This document shows positions 38,833-47,998 of a stretch of 64,000 nucleotides of DNA, one piece after another. The position numbers and the translations under genes are program-made. The stretch is taken from positions 62,001-126,000 of IMG/VR virus record IMGVR_UViG_3300025012_000026. One strand, given 5' to 3'. How positions within the stretch are numbered: the first letter of the stretch is position 1; each line of letters starts with the position of its first letter. The notes under the pieces were generated by a model. That model made no database searches. It had not been told where the DNA came from and saw only the letters and a list, made by a program, of their open reading frames with translations.

Positions 38833-39414
38833 CTATTTGCTTTTAGCAGGTAAATAATTAATTGGATTTAATGAATTAGTTCCATTATTAGTACGAATTT
38901 CAAAATGTACATGTGGGCCTCTGGATAGTAATCCGGTATTTCCAGACAAAGCAATTACATCATTTTGATTTACTTTATCTCCAACGTTGACTAATAATTG
39001 ATTATTATGTGCATACACAGTCTGTTTTCCATCAGAATGATTGATATACACAACATTTCCAATCATTTCATTAAATTCTGCTTTAATTACTATGCCAAAA
39101 TTAGAGCAATAAACTTTACTATTTTCCACTACTGCAATATCAATTCCATAATGAAATCCATTTAATGAAGACTCTCTTGGGCCATAAGGACTTGAGATTA
39201 TTCCATCTACTGGATAAATATAATTAGAGGAAGAAGAAGTAAGCAATATATAAGTTTTATTAATGACAATGTTTAAGATACTTTTTGCTTCCTCTGTGGT
39301 CAACTCTCCTTTAGCTGAGACAGGATGAGGTATTGACAATAAAGTTAATAATAAAAGTGAAAATAATAGTTTTTTGCTTGGCTTGGGAATTAATTTTCCT
39401 TTTGTTTTTCTCAT
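38833..39414 (-). CDS. Secreted M23 peptidoglycan endopeptidase
   Basis: Signal peptide (VSA|); HYGID, YAH, GPHVHFE. Confidence 0.9.
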   Translation of the reverse strand: MRKTKGKLIPKPSKKLLFSLLLLTLLSIPHPVSAKGELTTEEAKSILNIVINKTYILLTSSSSNYIYPVDGIISSPYGPRESSLNGFHYGIDIAVVENSKVYCSNFGIVIKAEFNEMIGNVVYINHSDGKQTVYAHNNQLLVNVGDKVNQNDVIALSGNTGLLSRGPHVHFEIRTNNGTNSLNPINYLPAKSK

Positions 39415-39417
39415 AAT

Positions 39418-39630
39418 TCACTCTCTTATAAAATAAGGAGTCAAAACCAAATTCCCTTTATAACATTGATTTGCACTCATATAAACCTTTCTCCAACCTC
39501 TCGTCATTAAATCTTCATAAAATTTTCTTTTATAATTCACAAAATCATCAACACTATCAAATTCCAAATGATTAATAATGTCATGGATTCTACGACCTTT
39601 ATTAACCATTATTGATAATTTAATTCTCAT
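39418..39630 (-). CDS. Hypothetical protein
   Basis: AAGGAGG RBS. Confidence 0.55.
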   Translation of the reverse strand: MRIKLSIMVNKGRRIHDIINHLEFDSVDDFVNYKRKFYEDLMTRGWRKVYMSANQCYKGNLVLTPYFIRE

Positions 39631-39659
39631 TTAATAATACCTCCTTAAATTAAAGTACC

Positions 39660-39962
39660 TTAATCAACTCTTCTCCTCGGATAAATCCTATCTTTATCCT
39701 TACCATCCCAATCTGGAGATTTTAAAGAAACAAAATTCTCTCCTAAATTAACTCTAATGGCAAATCTCTGATCACATGTCGGACAATAATTTAAAACATG
39801 AATAAGTTCAGAATCAGTATCTTTTGTGATAATAGATTTTTCGGTAAATGTAGGATATTTAATTGCACATATTTAACAATTAAAAGTTACAGTTTGAAGT
39901 CGTTTTTGTGCTTTCTTATAGAGAGAATTACTTGGTTTTAGGATTGTATATAGTTTTCTCAT
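39660..39962 (-). pseudogene. 100-codon ORF with internal TAA at 39873-39875
   Basis: GGGAGG RBS; MRKLY...FNC*IC...RRRVD; fills the gap in the operon. Confidence 0.6.
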
Positions 39963-39999
39963 TAATAATTCCTCCCTTATAACTATTCTTACCCCCTAC

Positions 40000-40284
40000 T
40001 CAATCCAAATCTCTTTCCTCGCTATTCTCAAGCAAATCCATCACAGCATCAAAATAATCAATAACATCCTCACTTGGCTCAATGTCCCATCCACGATCAT
40101 AATAAACTTCACAATCATTATGATTAAACTGTTCTCCACCAAAAATTGCTAATACACTAACCCTTCCACCATCAATTCCAAGTCTAGATGGGGTGTTGTA
40201 TAGTTTAGCATTAAATTTAAATCTACCAACTTCCCCTTTAACCCAATTAGAATTATTGTCAAATTTAGTAAAATATGCTTGCAT
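40000..40284 (-). CDS. Conserved mobile-element protein (GIDGGRVS..L...YDRGWD)
   Basis: Motif recognisable from Bacillota mobile elements; AAGGAGG RBS. Confidence 0.6.
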   Translation of the reverse strand: MQAYFTKFDNNSNWVKGEVGRFKFNAKLYNTPSRLGIDGGRVSVLAIFGGEQFNHNDCEVYYDRGWDIEPSEDVIDYFDAVMDLLENSEERDLD

Positions 40285-40310
40285 TATGATTCCTCCTTAA
40301 TTACTCACTC

Positions 40311-40553
40311 CTACTCCCCTCTACCTCCTCCGCACTCATAAACAAAAATAAAATTAACATAATTTAAACTTATCTTTAAAACATTTTCCACAGATTCTTC
40401 TAATCCACAAATTTCACTGATATAATTTTTAGCAGAATAATCTCTTTTTGCTCTAATTAAACATTTCGCAACTTCATCAGTGATAGTAAAAACAGAATCG
40501 AAATCATCATCATTTTGATTACAAATGATGATACATTCAGGTTTTTGTTTCAA
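40311..40553 (-). CDS. Hypothetical protein
   Basis: ORF in operon. Confidence 0.55.
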   Translation of the reverse strand: MKQKPECIIICNQNDDDFDSVFTITDEVAKCLIRAKRDYSAKNYISEICGLEESVENVLKISLNYVNFIFVYECGGGRGE

Positions 40554-40779
40554 TCATTTCAACTCCTTTGGATGTAATGTAGAATGAATTGGCATTCCTC
40601 TCTTTCCACCCTAGTTTAACCATTCCAAGCATTAAAAGATGATTTAGATTATGTCTGACTCTCAAATGATTGATGTCAATTGCAAGAGATATATTCCTTA
40701 CAGTTCTGCTGTTCATTGGATCAGTAAGATTTTCTGAAAATAAATGATGTAGAATATCTATCTCTAATTTTGATAGCAT
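40537..40779 (-). CDS. Winged-helix DNA-binding protein
   Basis: LEIDILHHL...RNISLAI...LLMLGMV...FYITSKG; start after GAGGTG. Confidence 0.65.
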   Translation of the reverse strand: MLSKLEIDILHHLFSENLTDPMNSRTVRNISLAIDINHLRVRHNLNHLLMLGMVKLGWKERNANSFYITSKGVEMIETKT

Positions 40780-41040
40780 TTTAATTAGTTCACCTCGCTT
40801 TGTTTTAATAATGTGTGATAATGTATCTGATTGTTCAACCATGCTTCATACTCCATCTTATTGATTGATAATTGTCCATTATGTTAGTCAATTTATGGGA
40901 AATCTTTGGACTTAAATGAAGTTGATTAATCAGACCTATACAATTACCCAAACATTATTTTATATGCTTTAATTTGATTTATTTTGTAAATTAATTTAAG
41001 ATTAATAAAAGAAAAGCCCTGATTTCTCAGGACTTAATAC

Positions 41041-41295
41041 TTAATCGTCAAACATATTAAAATTGATTTCTTTTACTGGTTTTGTTTTAGATCGCTCTTC
41101 CATTCTAATTTCATCTTTTTTAACAAATACATCTATATAGATTTCCTCTTCATCCTCTAACATTACCTTATCTTCACCTTTAAAAAAATAATCATACAAA
41201 GCTCTTCTAATTACTTTGCTTCTCCTATTCTTAGGGATTGCATCAAGAAATGGTTTTAAGATTCTGTCGTCTCTAAAGTTTCTAATTTCCCCCAT
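41041..41295 (-). CDS. ParR-like ribbon-helix-helix adaptor
   Basis: IRNFR...FLDAIPKNRRSKVIRRAL; overlaps the parM end. Confidence 0.7.
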   Translation of the reverse strand: MGEIRNFRDDRILKPFLDAIPKNRRSKVIRRALYDYFFKGEDKVMLEDEEEIYIDVFVKKDEIRMEERSKTKPVKEINFNMFDD

Positions 41296-42146
41296 GATAG
41301 ATTCTTCACCAACTTTTCTGCCCCTCTTACATTTGAGAATTGACCTTTATGAAGTATTTTTTGAGGCCAATTAAGAAAATGATATATAGCAGACCCTCCT
41401 CCTCCAGTAACGATTATCTTGTCAATTTTCTTTAAATCATAAAAGGTTGATACATCTGCCTTGATTAATGTTGCAATGTCTGGGTAAAAATTCGCCAATG
41501 AGTCATAACCATCATATAAATCTACTTCATATATTTTTCTATCAGCACGTTTATAGATTTGCCACATTCCATTATTTGTAGTTTTGCAAAGTTCTCTAAC
41601 TATTTCACCTCTGAGTAAATAAATTAGATTTACAGTACCCATTCCTACATCAACGATTAAAGTAACATTAGGAATTTCTTCTTTAGTTTTGCCCTCATCA
41701 TCAAGAAAATAATCCATTGACGCACAATATCCCTGTGGGAGACTTTTTATAAGTGTCGGTTTAAAGTTATGAATATGCTCAATATCCCCAATTTTATAAT
41801 TAATATCCATATCATGAGAAAACATATCAATAATTGATTTTTTTTCACTAAAATAAGATTCAAATGGAAAAAGAAATACTACTTTGTCTTCATTTTTATA
41901 GTTACATAAGGTATATTTAGTAAGAATTTTGAATGTTGATTGCTCTGTTTTAATTCCTTCAAGTGAATAATCTTGAGCATACCCATGTAAAATTGCATCT
42001 TCTCCAATGTAATGATTATCAATAACCCACATTTTCTTTTCAGTAAAAGAATCTTGATATTTCCCTATGACAGAAAGAATCTTTAATTCCCTGCCTTTTG
42101 AATTTAACGCCTTCACATATGAATTACCACAGTCCAAAAACAGCAT
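41256..42146 (-). CDS. parM: ParM/StbA actin-like partition ATPase
   Basis: LDCGNSYVK, LPQG, VDVGMGT, TGGGG, SNVRG; ATG 42146 after AAGGAGG. Confidence 0.88.
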   Translation of the reverse strand: MLFLDCGNSYVKALNSKGRELKILSVIGKYQDSFTEKKMWVIDNHYIGEDAILHGYAQDYSLEGIKTEQSTFKILTKYTLCNYKNEDKVVFLFPFESYFSEKKSIIDMFSHDMDINYKIGDIEHIHNFKPTLIKSLPQGYCASMDYFLDDEGKTKEEIPNVTLIVDVGMGTVNLIYLLRGEIVRELCKTTNNGMWQIYKRADRKIYEVDLYDGYDSLANFYPDIATLIKADVSTFYDLKKIDKIIVTGGGGSAIYHFLNWPQKILHKGQFSNVRGAEKLVKNLSWGKLETLETTES

Positions 42147-42162
42147 ATTTACTCCTCCTTTG

Positions 42163-42209
42163 ATTTGTAATACAATTGTAAGACATTGTCTTACAATTGT
42201 ATTACAAAT
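42163..42209. promoter_or_regulatory. 47-bp palindrome, candidate parC centromere/operator
   Basis: ATTTGTAATACAATTGTAAGACA-T-TGTCTTACAATTGTATTACAAAT (perfect 23-bp arms) next to the parM RBS. Confidence 0.7.
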
Positions 42210-42230
42210 TTTATGAAAATACAAGAGGTT

Positions 42231-43736
42231 TTATGATTCTAATAAATTATCATAATATTTCCAACCAAGAGGTACTCCTGTTTCGGGATGCAATCCGCAA
42301 TACTTTGCTTTATTTCTGCAACATAGAGATATACCTGAATGAAAAATATTATATTTTAATCCAGCCTCTGTTTGAGAATTAAATATTTCTCCAGTAGTAG
42401 TGCATATTATTTTACTAAAAACTCTTTTGCTTTTATATCCACTTTTTCTAGTCTCTTCTTTTGGGTCGTAATCACACCAACCTAGCTCAGTTCCCTGCTT
42501 AAGATATTTTATAACCGTTGATCTACATTTTTTTATTATACTTGATATTTTTAATGTGTTTTTAATATCATTCCACATATTACAAATAGTTTTTACAATG
42601 CTTTTACAAGCATATTCATAACATTTTAACCAGTCTATATCACTTTCTGAAAAATTTAAAAGTTTTGGCAAATCTGATTTCATAATACTGTTTTTAATCC
42701 AATTCATATTTGAATATCGACAATCTAAGACTATGTAATTATTAATATTATTGTTTCTAGCTAATTGTTCTTTTACTTTGTCATTCTCTTGGACTTCATT
42801 TAATCTCATTCTCCATGTACTATTAGTTTCTTCATAATGTTGAATTCCTTGACACTCACAAATAATTTCATCAATTTTATTTATGTAAAAGTCATATTTA
42901 TAATTATCGCACCATTTGAAAGTTTTTTCAGATAATTGTGTATTAAAATCATTGCCTAATAATTGTTCAAATACATTAAATAAAAATTTCTCAGGAAAAC
43001 TTATACCGTCCCCACAACATTCACATCCAAATCCTTTTTTCCACAATTTATCCAAACTCTTTTGTTTCTCATGTCCACAATCTGGACATTTCATTGGAAT
43101 TTTTTTATTTGAACCAACTGAATATTTATAAGCATCTTCTTTATTAACTAAAAATTTAATAAGTTCTTGATGCGTAACTGAAATTGTATTACACATAATA
43201 CAATCAAGACTTATGGTAGATCCTTTTTTTATTGTTGTATAAGTAAAACGAGCAATACTTTTTAATTCGGATTTATGTTCTGGATGATCTAAGCATTTAA
43301 ACCAGTAGCCCTTATTATTAAAACCTACCGAACCATAACTTACATATTTAGGACTTATTATATTGCCATTTTCGTCAATATTTAAACTATAATCCCAACG
43401 TGATAATATCCAATCAGCCAATTCTTTAGAGAGATGGGTATAGCACCACTCATAAAAAGAAATATAATTTTTGTGTCCAGTTTGAGAACATTTATGACAA
43501 TAATATCTTCCATCTTCTTTTACATATTTCTTGTAATTAAGCCATTTCATAGGTTTTAAATATTCTTTACATCCATCACATTGAACGTCAACTATAGCAC
43601 TAGATGCATGTGTTAAATCTTCTACTTTTACTTTAAATTCCTCTCCAAGTTTAGTAAAGGCAAATCCTTTATCTATGTACCACTTTTTACTACTAAAATG
43701 CCACTTCATTATTACCTCTTTAGTTATTAATCCCAC
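42231..43736 (-). CDS. Putative homing endonuclease, paralog of 29306-31018
   Basis: Shared MGLITKEV, SRWDY, KGYWFKCL.HPEH, YDFY...GIQHYEE, IICTTTGE; TTGACA-17-TATAAT promoter at 43814-43786. Confidence 0.75.
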   Translation of the reverse strand: MGLITKEVIMKWHFSSKKWYIDKGFAFTKLGEEFKVKVEDLTHASSAIVDVQCDGCKEYLKPMKWLNYKKYVKEDGRYYCHKCSQTGHKNYISFYEWCYTHLSKELADWILSRWDYSLNIDENGNIISPKYVSYGSVGFNNKGYWFKCLDHPEHKSELKSIARFTYTTIKKGSTISLDCIMCNTISVTHQELIKFLVNKEDAYKYSVGSNKKIPMKCPDCGHEKQKSLDKLWKKGFGCECCGDGISFPEKFLFNVFEQLLGNDFNTQLSEKTFKWCDNYKYDFYINKIDEIICECQGIQHYEETNSTWRMRLNEVQENDKVKEQLARNNNINNYIVLDCRYSNMNWIKNSIMKSDLPKLLNFSESDIDWLKCYEYACKSIVKTICNMWNDIKNTLKISSIIKKCRSTVIKYLKQGTELGWCDYDPKEETRKSGYKSKRVFSKIICTTTGEIFNSQTEAGLKYNIFHSGISLCCRNKAKYCGLHPETGVPLGWKYYDNLLES

Positions 43737-43878
43737 AATCTAATCCTCCTCTTTCTATAAATTATTATATTTCTCCCTACTTAATATTATAGCATAAATA
43801 GTAAATCATGTCAACATATATTTATTTTATAATTTAATAATTTTCTCTATCCCTTTCAGTGTTGTCCGGCCCAAACAC

Positions 43879-43917
43879 TTATCAACATGTGTATAAAATT
43901 TTAGAAACTTATACACA
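43879..43917. promoter_or_regulatory. Cluster of three DnaA boxes upstream of rep
   Basis: TTATCAACA, TGTGTATAA, TTATACACA versus consensus TTATNCACA. Confidence 0.7.
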
Positions 43918-43994
43918 GCCTTGTCGATTTGTAGTATAATGTATTAACATGTCCAACCCATATTAATGTTAATTTTTAGCAAAAGAATAATAGC

Positions 43995-44065
43995 AAAAAC
44001 TCCTTGAAGTGCTAGTTTGGTCGCGAACACTTCAAGGAGCCACAGCAGAGGTTGTTTTCGTTTGT
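43995..44065 (-). ncRNA. Counter-transcribed antisense RNA (ctRNA) of the rep leader
   Basis: Antisense promoter TAGACA(44100-95)-17-TATAAT(44077-72); 12-bp terminator stem 44000-44039 plus U5. Confidence 0.7.
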
Positions 44066-44144
44066 ATTTTTATTATAACAAAAAGAAAACCTTCTGTCTA
44101 GTGTGTTTTTGTTGTTGGCAAAACATGGAGAGAAGGTTTTTATT

Positions 44145-45074
44145 ATGAATATGATTAGAGATCCAAAGAAGTTAAGAAGAGTTCCAATCAAAGAAGAATT
44201 AGTTGAAATTACAGGTGATTACATTAAGGCAGTTATTTTGCAACAATTTATTTACTGGTCAGAAAGAACCAAAGATTATGACCAATTTGTTTTAGAAGAA
44301 AAGTTTCAGGCCGAAAGGTGTGGATATGAATACAAGGCAGAATTGAAAAACGGATGGATATTTAAGAGTTCTGAACAACTATCAGAAGAAACTATGCTTA
44401 GATTAAAACATACCGCAATGCGTACACATATTAAGGTATTAGTGGATAAGGGTTTTCTATCTGAGAGAACTAATCCTCTTGATAAACGGGATAGAACCAT
44501 ACAATATCGTGTGAACATTTTAGCAATACAACTTGATCTACTAGAACATAACTATGTCTTAGATGGATATTCTAGTCCAATTAATTTTGAAACTCTTATG
44601 GAAGTTATCCACAAGAAAAAGCAATCTCGGAATGCGGAAATGCAAACATCATTAAATGGAAATGCTTCATCAGAATGTGAGATTGCACAGCCGGAAAACA
44701 ATAATGGCATAGAATATGGGGTTGAAGACATAATTGCATTCTCGGAAAACGGAAATGCATCTCCGCAAATATGCAATGCAACTAGCGAAAACATGCAAGC
44801 ATTACCAGAGACTACTTACAGAGATATATATCTTATTGATATTAATCGCGTGTGGGAAGAGGTTGTGGATAACTTGAGAAAGAAATTGTCTCCTGCTTCT
44901 CTGTCTGCTTGGATATTACCCATCATACCAGAAATACAGGAGACAAAGTTAATACTTAATTGTTCAAGTCAATTTGCTGTGGATTGGATAGAGGGAAAAT
45001 ATCTTAGTATGATTGTTAATTGTTTGCCTGAAAATAGTGGAATTAAGGATGTTGTTGTATGTGAAAGTTCTTAA
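44145..45074 (+). CDS. Replication initiator: N-terminal wHTH plus C-terminal DnaA domain-I-like region
   Basis: AVILQQFIYW...GWIFKSSEQLSEE...LVDKGFL; VWEEVVDNLRKKLSPASLSAWI...SQFAVDWIEGKY. Confidence 0.8.
   Translation: MNMIRDPKKLRRVPIKEELVEITGDYIKAVILQQFIYWSERTKDYDQFVLEEKFQAERCGYEYKAELKNGWIFKSSEQLSEETMLRLKHTAMRTHIKVLVDKGFLSERTNPLDKRDRTIQYRVNILAIQLDLLEHNYVLDGYSSPINFETLMEVIHKKKQSRNAEMQTSLNGNASSECEIAQPENNNGIEYGVEDIIAFSENGNASPQICNATSENMQALPETTYRDIYLIDINRVWEEVVDNLRKKLSPASLSAWILPIIPEIQETKLILNCSSQFAVDWIEGKYLSMIVNCLPENSGIKDVVVCESS
44605..44872. other. Putative replication origin inside rep
   Basis: Perfect DnaA boxes TTATCCACA (44605) and TGTGGATAA (44864) flank TCTCGGAAnnCGGAAATGCA repeats (44625, 44740). 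Confidence 0.65.
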
Positions 45075-45166
45075 AGGTTTTTCAGGAGAAAATGATTGGT
45101 AAATATTTATGGTTTTATTTGTATTAATTTAGTAGTATTATGTAGCAAAAAGAAAGTTAGTGCAGA

Positions 45167-45949
45167 ATGTTCGACTATGAACAAGAATCAGAAATTGAGA
45201 AAATGCTTAAAGATGAAATCAGAGAGCAAAAGCGAACTGGCAATGGAATTCATGGTCGAGCATTAAGATTAAGAAAACACGAAACAGTTAGAACCCCTTC
45301 AGAATCTTTAGTAGGAATAGAAAGATTGAAAATTTATGCACCTTCTGTAATTCACTCAACAACGATTGGAGAAATGAAAATGACTGAACTTCTAGAAAAG
45401 ATTAAATTAGGTGAAATTCCATCTAAGTCAGAATTTGAAGCATTAGATTTTGAGAGTAATCAAAAAGCTTTAGCTGAATTGAGAAGATTACACACTAATC
45501 ATGAAATTATGAAAAGTTGGAAATGTTCGTCTACATCTCTTAGTAATTTCTTCGCAGAAATGCAAGTTGCAAAAATTAAAGGTGGAGAAATATTGATTGG
45601 AAAGTCTGCTGTTGATTTTTTAAATAAAGGAAGAATTACAAGAGGATTGCCTAAAATTGGTGAAGATAGTAATCAGGAGAAAATTAAAAGGCCATATAAT
45701 AGGGTCGCTCCTATAGATAATTCTAAAGAAATTCTGAGTGAAAATATTATTCCCACTCAGAATGTAGATTCAATTTTTATTAATCAAAAAGAAACCATAA
45801 TTGAGAATAACTATTTAATCAATGTTAATAGAAAATTTAATACTAGGAACTTGGCTTCTTTTTTGGAAAGGTTAACTCTATTTCTCAGTGAAGAGAATCA
45901 GGAATTTTTAGTTGAAATTAGAGTTATTGAGGTTGGGAGTAAAAGGTAG
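45167..45949 (+). CDS. Hypothetical protein
   Basis: 260-aa ORF. Confidence 0.6.
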   Translation: MFDYEQESEIEKMLKDEIREQKRTGNGIHGRALRLRKHETVRTPSESLVGIERLKIYAPSVIHSTTIGEMKMTELLEKIKLGEIPSKSEFEALDFESNQKALAELRRLHTNHEIMKSWKCSSTSLSNFFAEMQVAKIKGGEILIGKSAVDFLNKGRITRGLPKIGEDSNQEKIKRPYNRVAPIDNSKEILSENIIPTQNVDSIFINQKETIIENNYLINVNRKFNTRNLASFLERLTLFLSEENQEFLVEIRVIEVGSKR

Positions 45950-45956
45950 GTTATTA

Positions 45957-46466
45957 TCAACCCTTAATTATATCAATAAAGAACTCACCTTTGTCAAATA
46001 ATCCCTGTTTTCTTCCAACCAATATATTTTCACCATCTGTTGCTACCATACCACATCCACAATGACAAGTTGGAGCAATATCTTCAAACATTACTAAATC
46101 CTCAGCAATAACATTTGAACAGTTCTTCTTGATAATATTCCAAAATATATCTAATACTTCTGATTTTGCTTCATCAATTGTTGTTACAGCACCTTTAATT
46201 ACTTTGCATTTAACATTTTGATTCTCTTTTACTTTTTTACCTGCATAATATCGAATTATATATGCAGTAATAGGTTCTCTGCTTTCACATATAGGACATC
46301 TTTTATTATTTTGTGTGAAATCATAAGGCGTAGTCATATAAGCAGGATGTGATTTATTTTCTGAACAATTGAGCCATATCAATACATCCTTTGCATCATG
46401 AGCTATTTCTTTAGGACTTCCACCAATTTGTTTAATCTTTGCCATTTTTATAATTCCTTCTTTCAA
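45957..46466 (-). CDS. Zinc-ribbon hypothetical protein
   Basis: WLNC...H...RCPIC; CHCGCG. Confidence 0.55.
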   Translation of the reverse strand: MKEGIIKMAKIKQIGGSPKEIAHDAKDVLIWLNCSENKSHPAYMTTPYDFTQNNKRCPICESREPITAYIIRYYAGKKVKENQNVKCKVIKGAVTTIDEAKSEVLDIFWNIIKKNCSNVIAEDLVMFEDIAPTCHCGCGMVATDGENILVGRKQGLFDKGEFFIDIIKG

Positions 46467-46533
46467 TTGTTTTATTTAATCTAATATTGTAGTCTATTGG
46501 GCGTTTAAATTTCATATTAATATTTCCCTTTTA

Positions 46534-46809
46534 TCACCCACATTTAGGACAAATCAAAATTTTCTCAATTACAGGTGTTCCAAAGTGTTCATTCCTATTT
46601 TCATCCCTTTGTTCTAACTCGCTTCTGCAAACCTCGCATAGTCCTTCTAATTCGCAATATTCTTCATTTTTATCTGACATAATTGATAACAAACTTTTAA
46701 AATCTATAATATCACTTGTCATTCTCAATCCATTGCAACATTGAAGAAATTCTGGACTTTCAATTGGAAAATTTAAAATATCTTCTAGATCAATATTTGT
46801 GTTTATCAT
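46534..46809 (-). CDS. Zinc-finger hypothetical protein
   Basis: CEVC...CPKC. Confidence 0.55.
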   Translation of the reverse strand: MINTNIDLEDILNFPIESPEFLQCCNGLRMTSDIIDFKSLLSIMSDKNEEYCELEGLCEVCRSELEQRDENRNEHFGTPVIEKILICPKCG

Positions 46810-46845
46810 ATGGTTGTCTCCTTTATCTTATGTTTTGTTTCATAT

Positions 46846-47439
46846 TTACAATAATTTATTTGCTATATCTGTCCAATTCAATGCTCTTTCGCCTTGCCAG
46901 TTCTCATTCCAGCTTTTAATCACACCAAAGCATATTCTACGTTCTACTGTTGTGACAGATTTTAAATTTGATTCAACATCATCTATAAATACATTGCCCT
47001 TGCCTACTGCATTTAATAGACTCTTATCCATTTTACAATTTTTATTTACAAGAAACATTGCTTCTGTAATAAAAGGAAGATTCGTATCAACCCACATTGT
47101 TTTATATTTTATATTAGAAAACGAACCAATACTTATTAAGATAATTTCATATTTTTTATTTAATTCTCTTAAAACTACATATGTATTATGATTAATAAAT
47201 TTAAGATTATTAAAGAAATCTCTTTTGCCAAATATCTCTTCTACTTCTTTAACTCCTTTGAGTAAAGGCAATTCATCTGCAAAATCCCATTTATTCACGT
47301 TCTGCCATATTGGAGGAATATAATCAGGGTGATCTTTATAGATTTCTGAATATGTAGTACAAAATGCTTCAGTAGAAGAGGTTATGGTATTATCTATGTC
47401 ACAGAATAATCGAGGTCTACTAATCATTATTTTCTCCAA
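46846..47439 (-). CDS. 5'(3')-deoxyribonucleotidase (HAD)
   Basis: FCDIDNTI; K..W...LPF; DKS...FIDD. Confidence 0.85.
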   Translation of the reverse strand: MEKIMISRPRLFCDIDNTITSSTEAFCTTYSEIYKDHPDYIPPIWQNVNKWDFADELPLLKGVKEVEEIFGKRDFFNNLKFINHNTYVVLRELNKKYEIILISIGSFSNIKYKTMWVDTNLPFITEAMFLVNKNCKMDKSLLNAVGKGNVFIDDVESNLKSVTTVERRICFGVIKSWNENWQGERALNWTDIANKLL

Positions 47440-47998
47440 TCTTTTTTAAAATATATTTCACACATTCATCAAAATCATAATTTTTAACAATATAATCAAC
47501 TTCTTGATTAACTATATCAAATGTAAATTGTTCTTCATCATCTAATTTACGCCTATTCCATTCTATTTGATCAAATCCATCCCTATTAATTGCTCTTTGT
47601 TTTCTAGTTGGTTCATTTACATCAATGAAAAATGATACAATGTTGTCTTTGAAATGTTTCTTGAGTTCTATTAACCCTAAAATATCTAGAACAACTATGT
47701 AATTATGTTTTGATAAATTAATGCTTTCGCAATGTAAGCCGTAATACCAAACATCTGGCACATTATTCACAAGTGTATTATATTTTCTACATTCAATAAA
47801 TTCTTCTTGTGCAATCATATCTTCAAATTGTTTTCTTGAAATGAAATGATATGGATTATTTTCTGATTCTAATGGTCGCATGGGGCGTGATGTATGAGAT
47901 ATCACCATTTCATAATTGTAATTATCTGATATGTACTTAGATAAACTATCCTTTCCTGAACTGCTGAATCCTGCGAGAACCACTACTTTATTTTTCAA
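47420..47998 (-). CDS. gmk: Guanylate kinase-like
   Basis: GFSSSGKD; SHTSRPMRPLE...YHF; WYYG. Confidence 0.85.
   Translation of the reverse strand: MKNKVVVLAGFSSSGKDSLSKYISDNYNYEMVISHTSRPMRPLESENNPYHFISRKQFEDMIAQEEFIECRKYNTLVNNVPDVWYYGLHCESINLSKHNYIVVLDILGLIELKKHFKDNIVSFFIDVNEPTRKQRAINRDGFDQIEWNRRKLDDEEQFTFDIVNQEVDYIVKNYDFDECVKYILKKIGENND

Noticed and set aside
32531-41040. oriT for the relaxase
   Set aside because: Hairpins at ~32613-32638 and ~41013-41034 fit terminators; no nic site could be supported
42147-42224. N-terminal extension of ParM in the ORF track
   Set aside because: Runs through the palindrome; the RBS and first actin motif indicate a start at 42146
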